A stretch of 64,000 nucleotides of DNA. Origin: Octopus vulgaris. Lineage: Eukaryota. The position numbers were made by a program, and so were the translations under genes. The notes beneath the pieces are model-generated. The model did not search any database, had not been told where the DNA came from, and saw nothing but the letters and a program-made list of their open reading frames with translations. How positions within the stretch are numbered: the stretch's first letter is position 1; each line of letters begins with the position of its first letter. Positions 40,946-53,925 of this stretch are shown here, in pieces. The stretch lies in assembly GCA_951406725.2 (NCBI GenBank), contig OX597820.1, positions 6,572,001 to 6,636,000 on the forward strand, read 5' to 3'.

Positions 40946-41889
40946 GAATATATATATATATATATATATATTTATTTATTTATTTATACACACGCATGTA
41001 TACAGAGAGTGAGAGAGAGAGATATATAGATAGATATCTACGTACATCTATTTGCGTATAGGGGACGGTCTAGTTGCATGTTTATATATGGATGGATGAA
41101 AGCTATAGTATAAATGCGTGTGTTTATATGAAGGTGTAATTTTAAGTTTGTTACGAGAAGTAATGTATTGTTTCTTTTCGCGATTTAAATTAATCTCGCA
41201 GGTAAACGACAAACGTTCATTTCGTTTACATATCTCTTCACACATGCAAACATGTAGCGGTGTATATTTAATAAACAACTGTTACTTCAAGCCATTCAAA
41301 GACATGCATACACACAGTCGTAGGCGTGCCTGTGTGGTGAGAAGTTTGATTGCTAACCGCATGGTTGCAGGTTCAGTTCCACTGCGTGGTAACTTGAGGA
41401 AGTTATTTCTACAATAGCCTCCGGCCCGCGACATACTTGTATTCGGATTTGATGGACGCAAACTGAAAGTAACCTGTCGTATATGTATGTGTGTCTGTAT
41501 ATATGTGTGCGTCTATGTGTGCAGTTTAATGAACGAAACAAGGAAAAAACAAAACAATAAAAAGATATATACGTTTATGGATGTGTATGTATACACATGT
41601 ACGAGTATAGTAACTTTGATGTTATATATATATATATATATATATAATACATATTATATATTGTATATAATATATTTTTTCTGTAGATTCAGCTCAGAGC
41701 TGCGGCCATGCAATGCACCGCCGTTTTGCTACACTGTTATTACTGAGAGCCTCCTCCAAACTGTGGCACTTGGTGAAGAATATAGTTTGATATAGCTACC
41801 CTCATTTGCACCTCTTGCCTTGATGTAGGGTCATCTGGGAATCTCGACAGAAAGAGAGTCCAGGTTTGATTTAAAAACGCCTACATCTA

Positions 41890-42625
41890 CTTTGTGCAAA
41901 CATAGACAGCTCTATTATGTGATCCGAGACGAATGTCGGCGTCACTTTCACACCATGAATGATGTCCATATTGTTCGTGAAGCAGAGATCCAGAATGTTA
42001 TTCACCCTAGTTGGTCTGAGTACAGCTTGCTCCATGAATACGACATTGGTGTGCTTGACTTGACTTGACACAGCATTCACCCGGGGTGGGTTGAGCTGGC
42101 TTCATTCATCCTCAATGCTGCATCTCTCACAAACGCCGACCAGACCTGGCGATTTCAGGCTAACGACCGCGTGATCTCCAACAACTCCCTATTCAAGCGA
42201 CGAACGCCGTAGACATGGGGGCCTAGGTTGGGTTCCAGATCAGCCTTGACCATCACCAGCCTGTCCTTGCTTTCAATGAGTCATTCCTGAGAGTATGAGA
42301 CCTTCGGGCCATTTGACGTTGGGGAAGTCGAAATCACCCAAAAGAAATATGGTCACGTGGTGTTCCAGTTTCATGAGGATTTCTTAAATAAATATTTGTG
42401 AGGCAATCTTCAAACTTGCCTATGTGGTTTGGAGCGTCCGGTGGCCAATATGTATTGCACATGACTATATTATACTGTCTTATGTATACAATTAGAGTGT
42501 CACATACCGAATTTGTGTATGAAAGTAAGACCTGGGTTATGAGGTCGTCACGGATGTATACAGCAACTCCACCATGGCTCCTTCCCCTTCTGTCTTTTCG
42601 CAGTATGGCATAGCTTGGTACGTGT
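41890..42625 (-). mobile_element. CR1-like LINE AP-endonuclease fragment, interrupted around 42045-42255
   Basis: [54 protein letters not shown]. Confidence 0.85.
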
Positions 42626-42639
42626 ACTACATATATATG

Positions 42640-42690
<51 letters not shown>

Positions 42691-42815
42691 CATATACACA
42701 CGTATATGTAAATAATTATATCTAAACGTATATATATATATATATAAATGATATATATATATGCATATATATACACCTATATGTACATAATTACATCTAT
42801 ACGTGTATATATATA

Positions 42816-42855
<40 letters not shown>

Positions 42856-43637
42856 TACATCTATACGTATATATATATATATATAAACACATTTATTCAT
42901 ATGCTTATGCATAAAAATAAGTAAACGCTTATATCACGCGTGCCTATGTCTAAGGAACAATTACACGTGTCTCAATTCTAATTCTATATTGAATGAAACA
43001 TGGTGTGTGTGTGAGAGAGAGATACCAATTAGAACAGGTTTTCTCTCAATTCCGATAAATGTATCCTATTCTCTGTTATTTGAATGCCATGAACCAGTTC
43101 AAAAATACTTAAAGATTCTTCCCACCATTAAATAAACATTTCTTGAAAACTCTCTGTGAGTGTCTTATTTTCCAAACAATGGAACCAGCAGTTCATTATT
43201 CTGAACCGTTTCATTGGTCTTACTTTTGAAATTATTAAATATGACAAACTCTATGAAGAAAATATAATACATAACTTATAGGCAACATTGAATTTCTGGA
43301 GACATTCAATTGATTTCGTGAAAGAGTTACGTGTCCGTCTTGTAATGCTACATAAGGATCAATATTTTGTTTAATTAATTAAATAATTACAATATCATTG
43401 ATTGCGTTTTGGGTTTGTTGAATTATGGCTTCATGAAATATATTCACAGAAAAATTTTTGTAAAATAGCGTTTTATTTCAGCGTAATTATTTTCCTAATT
43501 AATTAAACAATGTCCGTATGTACTGGTGACACACTCTAACTATAGTGTAACTATGAATAGTGATGTATTGGATAATAAAGCAATTATCGTAAACGCCCTT
43601 TAATTTAAGTGTGTGACACGAATTTGATACGTGACGT

Positions 43638-44125
43638 AGGCGTGGCTGTGTAGTAATAAATTTGCCTCCTAATGACATGGTTCTAGGTTCAGTCCCGTTT
43701 CATGAGACCTCGGGCAAGCGTCTCCTATTATAGCCTTGGGTCGACCAACGCCTTGTGAGTGGATTTGGTAGACGGAGATTGATAGAAACCTGTCGTATAT
43801 ATTTCATATCTTATTTGTTTCAATCCCTAGTCTGCCGCCATGATGGGGCACCGCTTTGAGTCGTATATGTATGTATGTATGTGTGTGTATGTGTGTGTGT
43901 GTGTGTGTGTGCGTGCGTGCGTGTTTATATCTGCATGTCCCTTACCAACACGTGACAACTGGTGTTTGTCTAATTATATCCCTGTCCCTTAGCAGTTCAG
44001 TAATCGTGACCGATAGAATAATTACCAGGTTTAAAAAAAAAACAAGACTAAGACACGTTCGACAAAATTTCTTGAAGGCGGTGCTCCAGCATGGCCGCAG
44101 TCTAATGACTGAAACAAGTAAGAGG
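43638..44125 (+). mobile_element. SINE family C (another head at ~41320-41485)
   Basis: GGCGTGGCTGTGT..GGTTCAGTCCC..GTGGATTTGGTAGACGG..GGCGGTGCTCCAGCATGGCCGCAG. Confidence 0.8.
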
Positions 44126-44782
44126 ATGATAGATAATTGGGTTTCCGATTCTCAAAGTAACCGTATAATGCTTAGTCTCGGTTGAATGGTCAGTGGATAA
44201 CCCGAAGAATATAAAAATGGTAATTTATGCAAGGAGTATGCAGAGGCAAACACGTGACACTCTAATATTCATTTTATACTATGTAGTGATACACGCGTTG
44301 GGGCCATTTCTGTACAAGATGGTAACTATATACCAAATTTAAACCCAAGGTAAGAGCCTGTTTGTGGTTTGCCGATCTGTTCGAAATAATATATAAGGAT
44401 TCTCGGAGCGCAGACTATAGTCTTTAGTGAAGAGGAAGGACCTTTCTGATAATGAGGTGGTACGTATGCAAAAACAAGGGATATTCAGAAGAGGAAAGCA
44501 TTTAATTTTTTTTCCTTTTCGTAAGAGCTGGTGTGGGGTTAGGAAATTACTCAAAACCGGATCCGAATCCCGCCATGGCTAATTTAAAATAACTACCATC
44601 AAAGCACGTGTTATAGAGATTTATTCTGCATTTAAAGCTAAAGTACTTCCGTCGAAGTCGATTTAAAACGTAAATCACGTGGTTACTCTGATTGCTAAAA
44701 ATAACAGTCAAATCTCCTTCAAATGGCATTAGTCTGCTCCCCGATCATTTTTCAAAACAAGGAAGGATATATTTTTATTATA

Positions 44783-45111
44783 TTATTACCCCCGCCTTAA
44801 CGAGGGCGGAGGTATTGTTTTCAGTCGTATTTGTTTGCTTCCTTGTTTGTCCGTGGACTAGATACCTCAAGAACCGCTGGATGGATTCGGATGAAACTTT
44901 CAGAGATGGTTGACCTCGTCACTGACACGAAATTATTATATTTTCGGATCGGTCCGGTACTTATGTTTTGGATTCATTTTTAGTGTTCCCGTTTGTGAGG
45001 GCAGTCGAGTTTATTTCAGATATACTCATTTTAAAAATCATCTCCGGCTAATCATTGAGAGGACATTGGTGTTGCCTTGGCGGAGGTTTGCGCTCTCTGA
45101 GTGCTCTTGTT
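44783..45111 (+). mobile_element. Non-autonomous Helentron (HINE/DINE-1-like)
   Basis: 5' TTATTACCCCCGCC hairpin with GGCGGAGGT, internal GGATGGATTCGGATGAAACTT, 3' subTIR GGCGGAGGT, hairpin GCGCTC-TCT-GAGTGC, end CTTGTT. Confidence 0.75.
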
Positions 45112-45835
45112 GCAATTAAATTATGTATGAAGTGGCCTGATGATCGTGACTAATTATTCTATCGTAGGCCTACAAAAATTAACACCGACATGGAGGGGGA
45201 TGGTAACAAACACCAAATAAGGACATACGGGAAAATGTTGTCTAAGATCAATTACATATGCAGAGAGATGTTCATGGATGGAATACATTAAAGTATAGTT
45301 CTGATGGATTGGGGGACAATCGGGCATTAACTATCAACAAGCATATCATTAGATGTACGGCTAAAATATGTTGAAATTCAGAAACATGTGTGTGTGTGTG
45401 TGTGTGTGTGCGAATGCTTGTGTGTGTGTGAGTGTATGACTATGTGTATCTTTTATCTTTTACTTCAGTCATTCAACTACGGCCATGCAGGGGCACTTTT
45501 CAAGTGGTGTGGGGAACGTCTTGATCAAACAGCCACTTTCGTAACTATGCACACACACACACGGATATGGAGAAATAGATAAATGTATACACACACACAC
45601 ACATATACATATATATATATGCATATATATATACATACATACATACATACATTGGTATTTTTTTATAAGCTCAAAGTGATCACCGCGCAACAACTAAAGA
45701 AAATAGTCTACTAATGGAACGTATAACACCCCCCCACCCCGACAGAACAAAGTAGGTTTCCCCGTACGCGAGGAACTCGATCCCCCACCTCTTTGTTTAC
45801 GCGACCAAGTTTGTTACCGATAAGACCAGCATGTA

Positions 45836-45866
<31 letters not shown>

Positions 45867-46907
45867 AACTACAAAGTGGGACAAGAACGCAAAGCATCCA
45901 AATAGACGATACAAAAAACAGAGACGGGTCATTCGAAGCCTTTAATCTTCAGTCAAGAACCGGATCATTCTCTCATTTTCGGCTGATTAATCGTGAGATT
46001 GCTCCAATCTGGTCAGTCCCAAGGAAAAACTAAGCTAAGAGCATTAGATTCTTCGGGAAAAGGATCGAATGTGTACGAAACAAGGACAGAAAAACGGACG
46101 ATGTTACACGAATATAAATACAAAAAAAAAATAAAATAATACGAACATAAATACAAAAAAAAACAATAATGATAATAATAACAGGATATAACAACAAGCG
46201 TCTTTCGACCAGAGACGAATTGAACTCAGCTGGCGTATTGAGTGAGAATTAAGCCTTACGGCAGACGAAAACAGCGTTGTTACCGTGCCCGTGGACCGAT
46301 ACATACACACACGCATACACATATCGTTGTGTAATCATTAGCAAAGTCAGTTATATAATTCATTAAAGAAACTTTAAACGTCGTTGGTTTTATTTTTTGC
46401 TTCGCAATAATTACAATACAAAAATAGATTTGATAACTTACATAAATTATGGAGTCTATCTTTATTACAGTTTAATAGAGCTTCCTTTAATTTTTAATTT
46501 ATTATAATTTCTTACCAAAACCAAATAAACAAAGCGAAAAAAATCTCTGAATAATTGATTTCAAAAATTTAATTTAATTCTAAATTATCTTTTTTAGCTC
46601 TGTATCAAACGCCGTCTCTCTTTCCTTGTGTATTTCTATATACTAGAGTGTGGGTGTTAATGTCTATATGTTAATTTTTAGCGGTATGTTTATTTATAAT
46701 TATGTCTATCTACCTATCTATCCATTTATCCATCTAAACGTCTGTCTATCTGTCTGCCTGTCTCTCTCTATATACTATTGTATCTGGGGAGAATCATTCA
46801 GTTTTAATGCCTTATTAATCAACACACTCACCGGTTCGATTTCCACTCATTTACTTTTTTTCTAAAATTTTCGTTGGTTCTTGAAATCTCTTTAATAGCC
46901 TGTTATC

Positions 46908-46958
<51 letters not shown>

Positions 46959-47146
46959 TGCATACTCAAACAAATACTTAACATGTGTTCAGGTGAATAT
47001 AAATGTATATAAGTACATCTATCTGTCTATCTAGTTATCTATCTATCTGTCTATATATATATATATATATATGTAGGTCCCGGGTTGATTCGGGGTTAAC
47101 CACAGTAAATAAGGTACTCAATACATAGCAGAGTAAAATTAATTTA

Positions 47147-47260
47147 TATATAGAAGGAGCTTCTACAGGACTAGAACTGTTTCATTCAAGAGAAATCTTC
47201 AGTCCTGAAGATTTCTCTTGAATGAAACAGTTCTAGTCCTGTAGAAGCTCCTTCTATATA
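47147..47260. ncRNA. Perfect 56-bp-arm hairpin carrying a hammerhead motif on both strands
   Basis: CTGAAGA 47205-47211, GAAAC 47224-47228, stem III ACAG..CTAG..CTGT, GTA 47241-47243; mirror copy on the minus strand. Confidence 0.6.
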
Positions 47261-47264
47261 ATAA

Positions 47265-47299
<35 letters not shown>

Positions 47300-47520
47300 C
47301 ACGCACATACATAGATAGATAGATAGATAGATGTGTATGTATGTATATAAATATATTCATATACATAAGTATATACATTCATATATATTTGTAGAAATAC
47401 ATCCATTTACTTATTGATTTACACACGCATTTACTCGTATATATATATTGTTGGCATCCTTTATGTCTCGGGAGACAATGGAGTTGCGCATAAAATAATC
47501 CATATATGTCATATATGTCA

Positions 47521-47935
47521 TACTCTACGGAGAGCTTGCTAGGGGTACTAGGTCTGTGGGTAGACCGTTCTTACGTTACAAGGATGTTTGCAAAAGGGAC
47601 ATGAAGGCCTGCAACATCAATATTAGCAGTTGGGAAGGAATTGCCTGCAACCGTGGAGATTGGCGACGTACTGTAAGAGAGGGAATACAAAGGAGTGACA
47701 GAGAGAGAGAGGAGAAATGGAAAGACAAGAACAGACGCCAACAAGAAACTATGACACTACAACCAGCCAGGAACAGTCTTCGCTACATTTGCGGTACCTG
47801 CCAGAGGGAGTGTTTGTCCAGGATAGGACTACACAGCCACAGCAGGAAATGTATCAGGACATGAAATGTAAAAGCCGGACTGGATTATTTTATGCGCAAC
47901 TCCATTGTCTCCCGAGACATAAAGGATGCCAACAA
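47521..47935 (+). mobile_element. RTE-type LINE 3' end with C-terminal C2H2-like zinc finger
   Basis: LYGELA.G.R.VGRP.LRYKDVCKRDMK..WE..A.NR.DWR..C..C.R.C.SRIGLHSH.RKC; tail GATGCCAACAA. Confidence 0.85.
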
Positions 47936-48079
47936 TATATATATACGAGTAAATACGTGTGTAAATCAATAAGTAAATGGATGTATTTCTACAAATATAT
48001 ATGAAGGTATATACTTATGTATATGAATATATTTATATACATACATACACATCTATCTATCTATCTATGTCTGTGCGTG

Positions 48080-48115
<36 letters not shown>

Positions 48116-48652
48116 TAACTAGATAGACAGATAGATAGATAACTAGATAGACAGATAGATGTACTTATATACATTTATATTCACGTGAACACATGTTAAG
48201 TATTTGTTTGAGTATGCATGTGTGCAGCTGGTGCAACGAGACAGAATGGTAAAAAAGCTTGATCAACAAACACGTAATCCCAGATTCGGTTCCATGACGA
48301 GAGTCCACTTCTTCGGACATAAACTTTAAAGAAGTCTGTCGGGTGTATTACACCCGTAACTCAAAATGTCCTGCAGTCCTGTCAGGGACACTCTTTCCGG
48401 CTGTTCTTCTCGACAGAAATACATTAAGGAATCACATGGCTGCAGATTGCTGAGTCACTTAGAAGATCAATGAAGAGGAAATTTCGTTTTGATTTTTCGT
48501 TGATAGGACAACCGACAACTCTTTATGCTCCTTGGTGTCGAAAGTCGTCAGCCGACTTTCGACGATTTCAGACATTTTAAACCAAGGTTATGATTCATGA
48601 AACTTCAATTAAGACCTATAAATTTTAAATTGACAAACACTCGTTTTTCCCG

Positions 48653-48702
<50 letters not shown>

Positions 48703-48833
48703 ATGTAATGTTTATACGTATGTAGTTGTGCATAAAAAGTCCCCATCCATATATGTTTATATGCATGCATAGACAGTTATACATATACGTATATGCATAT
48801 ATGTATTTCTCTCTCTCTCTTTGATTGTGCGTG

Positions 48834-48894
<61 letters not shown>

Positions 48895-49871
48895 CGCAAT
48901 TTAATCGCTTCATCCACAAATATCTATCATTCATATAATAATTACTACATAAAATTATGATTGGCTTACGTTGTACACGTCACGAATTTCATGAGATGGA
49001 GCTTCATCTTTGCTTCAATAACGAAGCATCTATTGATGCATATGCCCATGTTTAGTAACAATATAAACGGCTTCAATTTGAGCTTTTGGATGTGAGTAAA
49101 AAGATGCAATGTGCAGGCTACACTGATAGTTAAACTAATAGCTTTGAAGCTAAACTCATTTCCGGTGTTAAGGGTGTTAAGAAACCATAGAAACATAGAC
49201 TCTAGCAAGAGTCACAAACGCCAAATCAGTTTTTAACAAATGACATTGTCTACTGCAGCTATCACTCTAACAGATCTCCTTCTAACAATATACATAATGA
49301 GGTCTTAATGCTTGACTATGTACGTATTACAATGTCTCGGTAAATGTATGCATTGATCACTCTTAAACACACTAGGCTAGCCCTAGACATCACGTGTAGG
49401 CGACCTGATTCTGCTAATAGCAGGATGGACTGATTTGTAAATAATTCTTATATACATTAATAATAACTTTTAGAATACAGCTAACCTCAGCTAATGCAGC
49501 AGTATCAACATAGCAATTTGTTTGTATAAAATACCAATAATAGACAGAAGTACAAAATCAGCCATTTGGATAAATTGGACATTTATCTTGTTATTCCAAA
49601 ATATGTTTCGTCTTGTCAATTTTTATATTTCTATATTGTTACCAGTTCTTGTCATTCCTTGTCATTTTCTTACTTCGCTGTTGTTATCGAATCTTATATC
49701 TTTATCTCGTTAGCATTTGTCAGCAAGGCAACAGATTCTGACAGACAGTGGGCGATAAAATAGAGAAATTGTCTCACAAGTCAAGCAAACTTACTATTCT
49801 GCAAAACATCGCTGGGTTAAAAAAAATAAAAAATAGACGACACTCTGGGTTCGTTTAATATTAACACGTGC

Positions 49872-50855
49872 TAAGGCAGCTAGCTAACAGAAACATTAGC
49901 ACATCGGGTGAAATGCCTAGCGATATTTCGTCTGTCTTTTCGTTCTGAGTTCAAATTCCGCCAAGGTCGACTTAACCTTTCATCTTTTCGGGGTCGATTA
50001 AATAAGTACCAGTTACGCACTGGGGTCGATGTAATCGACTTAATCCCATTGTCTGTCTTTGTATGTCCTCTCTGTGTTTAGCTCCTTGCGGGTAGTAAAG
50101 AAATAGGTATTTCGTCTGCCGCTACCTTCTGAGTTCAAATTCCGCCGAGGTGGACTTTGCCTTTCATCCTTTCGGGGTCGATTAAATAAGTACCAGTTAC
50201 GCACTGGGGTCGATGTAATCGACTTAATCCCTTTGTCTGTCCTTGTTTGTCCCCTCTATGTTTAGCACCTTGCGGGTAGTAAAGAATTAGGTATTTCGTC
50301 TGCCGTTACGTTCTGAGTTCAAATTCCAGCGAGGTCGACTTAGCATTTCATCCTTTCAGGGTCGATTAAATAAGTACCAGTTACGCACTGGGGTGGGTAT
50401 AATCGACTTAATCCCTTTGTCTGTCCTTGTTTATCCCCTCTATGTTTAGCCCCTTGTGGGTAGTAAAGAAATAGGTATTTTTGTCTGCCGTTACGTTCTG
50501 AGTTAAAATTCCGCCGAGGTCGACTTTGCCTTTCATCCTTTCGGGGTCTATTAAATAAGTACCAGTTACGCACTGGGGTCGATGTAATCGACTTAATCCC
50601 TTTGGATGTCCTTGTTTATCCCCTCTATGTTTAGCACCTTGTGGGCAGTAAAGAAATAAGAAACGTTAGCACATCGGGCGAAATGCTGAGCGGCATTTCG
50701 TCTGTCTTTATGTCTCGAGTTCAAATTCCGCCGAGGTGGACTTTGCATTTCATCCTTTCAGGGTCGATAAATTAAGTACCAGTTGCGTACTGGAGTCGAT
50801 CTAATCAACTGGCCCCCTCCCCCAAAATTTCGGGCCTTGTGCGACAATGGAATAG
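49872..50855 (+). mobile_element. Multimeric SINE family A insertion (four ~184-bp units plus a terminal monomer)
   Basis: Single target-site duplication AATATTAACACGTG at 49857-49870 and 50856-50869. Confidence 0.9.
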
Positions 50856-51220
50856 AATATTAACACGTGATGATAGTGCAACATAGGCCTATATGGTCTG
50901 GTCTCCGTGAACATGACTGATAGATTAAAAACTTATCTCCCTACTCTTGATGACAGACCAGTGATGACAGGTTAGAAATATCATAGAACGTAAGCATCTG
51001 GATTTACCGACAAATCTGGGAGATCACATCCACTTGCTTCTCAATATGTATTTAGCATTGTGGAATATCTGTATATACAGTGTGTATATATATATATAAT
51101 GAACAATTAAATTACACCATCTAAAAAATTATATATAATGGAAATATTAAAAATAACAATAATATACCGAAGATTAACTAAATTGCAAAATAATAATAAA
51201 AACTTATATAGTTGGTAGAA

Positions 51221-51338
51221 TAACGACACGTGTTTCGTGGGTGTATTTAAGACATGATTATAATATAAAAAAATAGTAGTAGTAATAGTAAAATCACTTC
51301 GATATATATATATATAGATATAGCCACTGATCAGGTTA
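51221..51338 (-). ncRNA. Hammerhead motif with expanded loop II and a core point change
   Basis: TAAC-CTGATCA-GTGG...CCAC-GAAAC-ACGT-GTC-GTTA. Confidence 0.6.
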
Positions 51339-51411
51339 AAAATAAACTAGAATAATAAAATAATTAATTAATAAATATACGTAAAAAATCTTTTAAAATA
51401 TAAATATATTC

Positions 51412-51512
<101 letters not shown>

Positions 51513-51519
51513 CATATTT

Positions 51520-52466
51520 CTACTGTCATCACCCATACGAGTGCCGGTCGAGAAGGGAGTGAAGCAAGGAGATACAATCTCCCCAAAACCTTTCACTGCA
51601 TGTCTCGAACAGATCATCAGAGGCATCGAATGGCAAGGTGGTGTCAACATCAATGGCGAGCTCCTCACTCACCTCCGTTTCGCTGACGACATCGTACTCA
51701 TCGCTGAAAACATGGATCAGCTTCAGACCATGCTGACGGAGCTCGACATCAAAAGTTCTGCAGTAGGTCTCAAGATGAACCGCATGAAAACAAAGTTCAT
51801 GCAGTCAGACAATGTACTAACAGGTCAAATGGTGATTGACAGTGATGAAATAGAGGAGGTAAAGGAATATGTCTACCTGGGGACAGGAAGTAAATATGTG
51901 CCGGAATATCAAAAAGGAGATCTCACGGAGAGTAAAGGCCGGATGGAAGGCGTTAAATGGCATAAGGGATGTGCTCAGGGAAGTTTGGACAGGACCACCC
52001 GCGCCAACCTCATTAACAGTGCAGTTCTGCCTGCAATGTTATATGGTAGTGAAACATGGGCTACCACAAAGAGAGAAGAGCAAAGACTGATAACGGCTCA
52101 AAGAGCCATGGAAAGGTCAATGCTTGGTATCTCGTTGAGAGAGCACATAAGTAGCAAGATCATCAGAAAGAAGTCCGGCGTGAGAGATGTCATCGCAGAG
52201 TATACTCGCAGCAAGTATAGATGGGCTGGACACGTCGCCCGGCTCACCGATAATCGGTGGACGCACGCAGTTGTCGAGTGGTACCCGCGTGAGCGGAAAA
52301 GACCACCCGGAAGACCTCCACGACGGTGGAGTGACGATTTCAAGAGGACGATTGGGATCACGTGGATGAGAAAGGCGCGATCCAGAGAGGAATGGACAGC
52401 GTGCTGTGACCAGCGGTGTCAAATGGACGCCTGACGGACTGGTGGGTCAAAGTGAAGTCAAAGTGA
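51520..52466 (+). mobile_element. RTE-clade LINE, 5'-truncated, one frameshift near 51885
   Basis: [51 protein letters not shown]; tail GTCAAAGTGAAGTCAAAGTGA. Confidence 0.92.
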
Positions 52467-52634
52467 TATACATACATACATACATACATACATACATACA
52501 TACATACAACGGTCTTCTTTCAGTTTCCACCTACCGAATCCACTTAGAAGGCTTAGGTCGTACCGAAGCTATAGTAGAAGAGACATACCAAAGGTGCTAT
52601 ATGGAACTGAACCCGGAACCATGTGGTTGGGAAA

Positions 52635-52906
52635 TGTGATGGTAAGAATCATGACACCCCTGTGAGAATGGACTAACCGATCTCGTCTAAGCATCAGCGT
52701 GTTTGATTGAGAGCGATAGTTGAGAAACTACGGTAAGTCGAAAGGTGTCGTTGGTGAGGTCGTAGAGTGTAGGGAACATTGTTGACAAGTTGTTATGGTT
52801 CGTTGAGCGTGGTTTTGGATTGGTTTCAGTTGTTGGCAGAGTATTTGGGAATACATCAAGCGGGGAGAGTTGGTGTCTAGCCCGTACTGTGGTACGATAT
52901 ATCACA
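52635..52906. mobile_element. Possible solo LTR
   Basis: TGTGAT...ATCACA termini, 272 bp, abuts a truncated SINE C copy (52505-52634); no TSD seen. Confidence 0.35.
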
Positions 52907-52912
52907 TTGTAT

Positions 52913-53127
52913 TACTCTTTTACTCTTTTACTTGTTTCAGTCATTTGACTGCGGCCATGCTGGAGCACCGCCTTTAGTCGAGCAACTCGACCCCGGGACT
53001 TATTCTTTTTGTAAGCCCAGTACTTATTCTATCGGTCTCTTTTGCCGAACCGCTAAGTAACGGGGACGTAAACACACACCAGCATCGGTTGTCAAGCAAT
53101 GCTAGGGGGACAAACACAGACACACAA

Positions 53128-53158
<31 letters not shown>

Positions 53159-53329
53159 CATATATACGACAGGCTTCTTTCAGTTTCCGTCTACCAAATC
53201 CACTCACAAGGCATTGGTCGGCCCGGGGCTATAGCAGAAGACACTTGCCCAAGATGCCACGCAGTGGGATTGAACCCAGAACCATGTGGTTGGTTAGCAA
53301 GCTACTTACCACACAGCCACTCCTGCGCC
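52913..53329 (-). mobile_element. Full-length tRNA-derived SINE family C
   Basis: Head GGCGCAGGAGTGGCTGTGTGGTAAG..GGGTTCAATCCC, internal microsatellite, tail with GTAAAAGA repeats. Confidence 0.9.
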
Positions 53330-53872
53330 ATTAGTGCGCGAAACTATGGTGCCATATACAGAAATCACGTTAAAATAGGAGTTCAGTTTCTTACCACACG
53401 ACCACACCTGTTAGAAATATTTTTTTAAATATTCTGATTTCCTGTAGGTTTTTTTTTTACGTAATATTGCGGATTAACAAACACGACAAACATTCCATTT
53501 CAAAAAATGCTATAAATTCTTTACGAATTTCTTTCACAGATTCAAACTAGAACGTAAAACGTCAATTTATAACAAAATATAGGTTTGCATAAAGATTATA
53601 TAACCTGCCTGGCTCCGTTCTTATGTGTTTATGCGTGTAGGTCAGTGTGTGTGAGTGTGTGTGTTTTGATTGTGGTTGCCTGTGTGTGTGTGTGCTTCCA
53701 TGTGGTGGGTTGATTTATGTATAATTACCAGCGACAGGATTTAGCCCCATACAACGGTTGTTTGATAGAGACGTTTTGTTGCAGAGTATGTAAAATTAAT
53801 TGAAAACATAAATATATATTCATACATGCATTCGAATATATATATATATATATATGCATATATACATGTATG

Positions 53873-53925
<53 letters not shown>

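Larger units (their letters stand above)
46951..48226. repeat. Long inverted duplication, arms 46951-47502 and 47881-48226
   Basis: Arms are near-exact reverse complements apart from a ~200-bp insert (~47073-47270) in the left arm. Confidence 0.9.

Noticed and set aside
49872-50855. Regularly spaced repeats resembling a CRISPR array or a hammerhead retrozyme array
   Set aside because: Units are ~184-bp SINE bodies without unique spacers, and I found no hammerhead core in them
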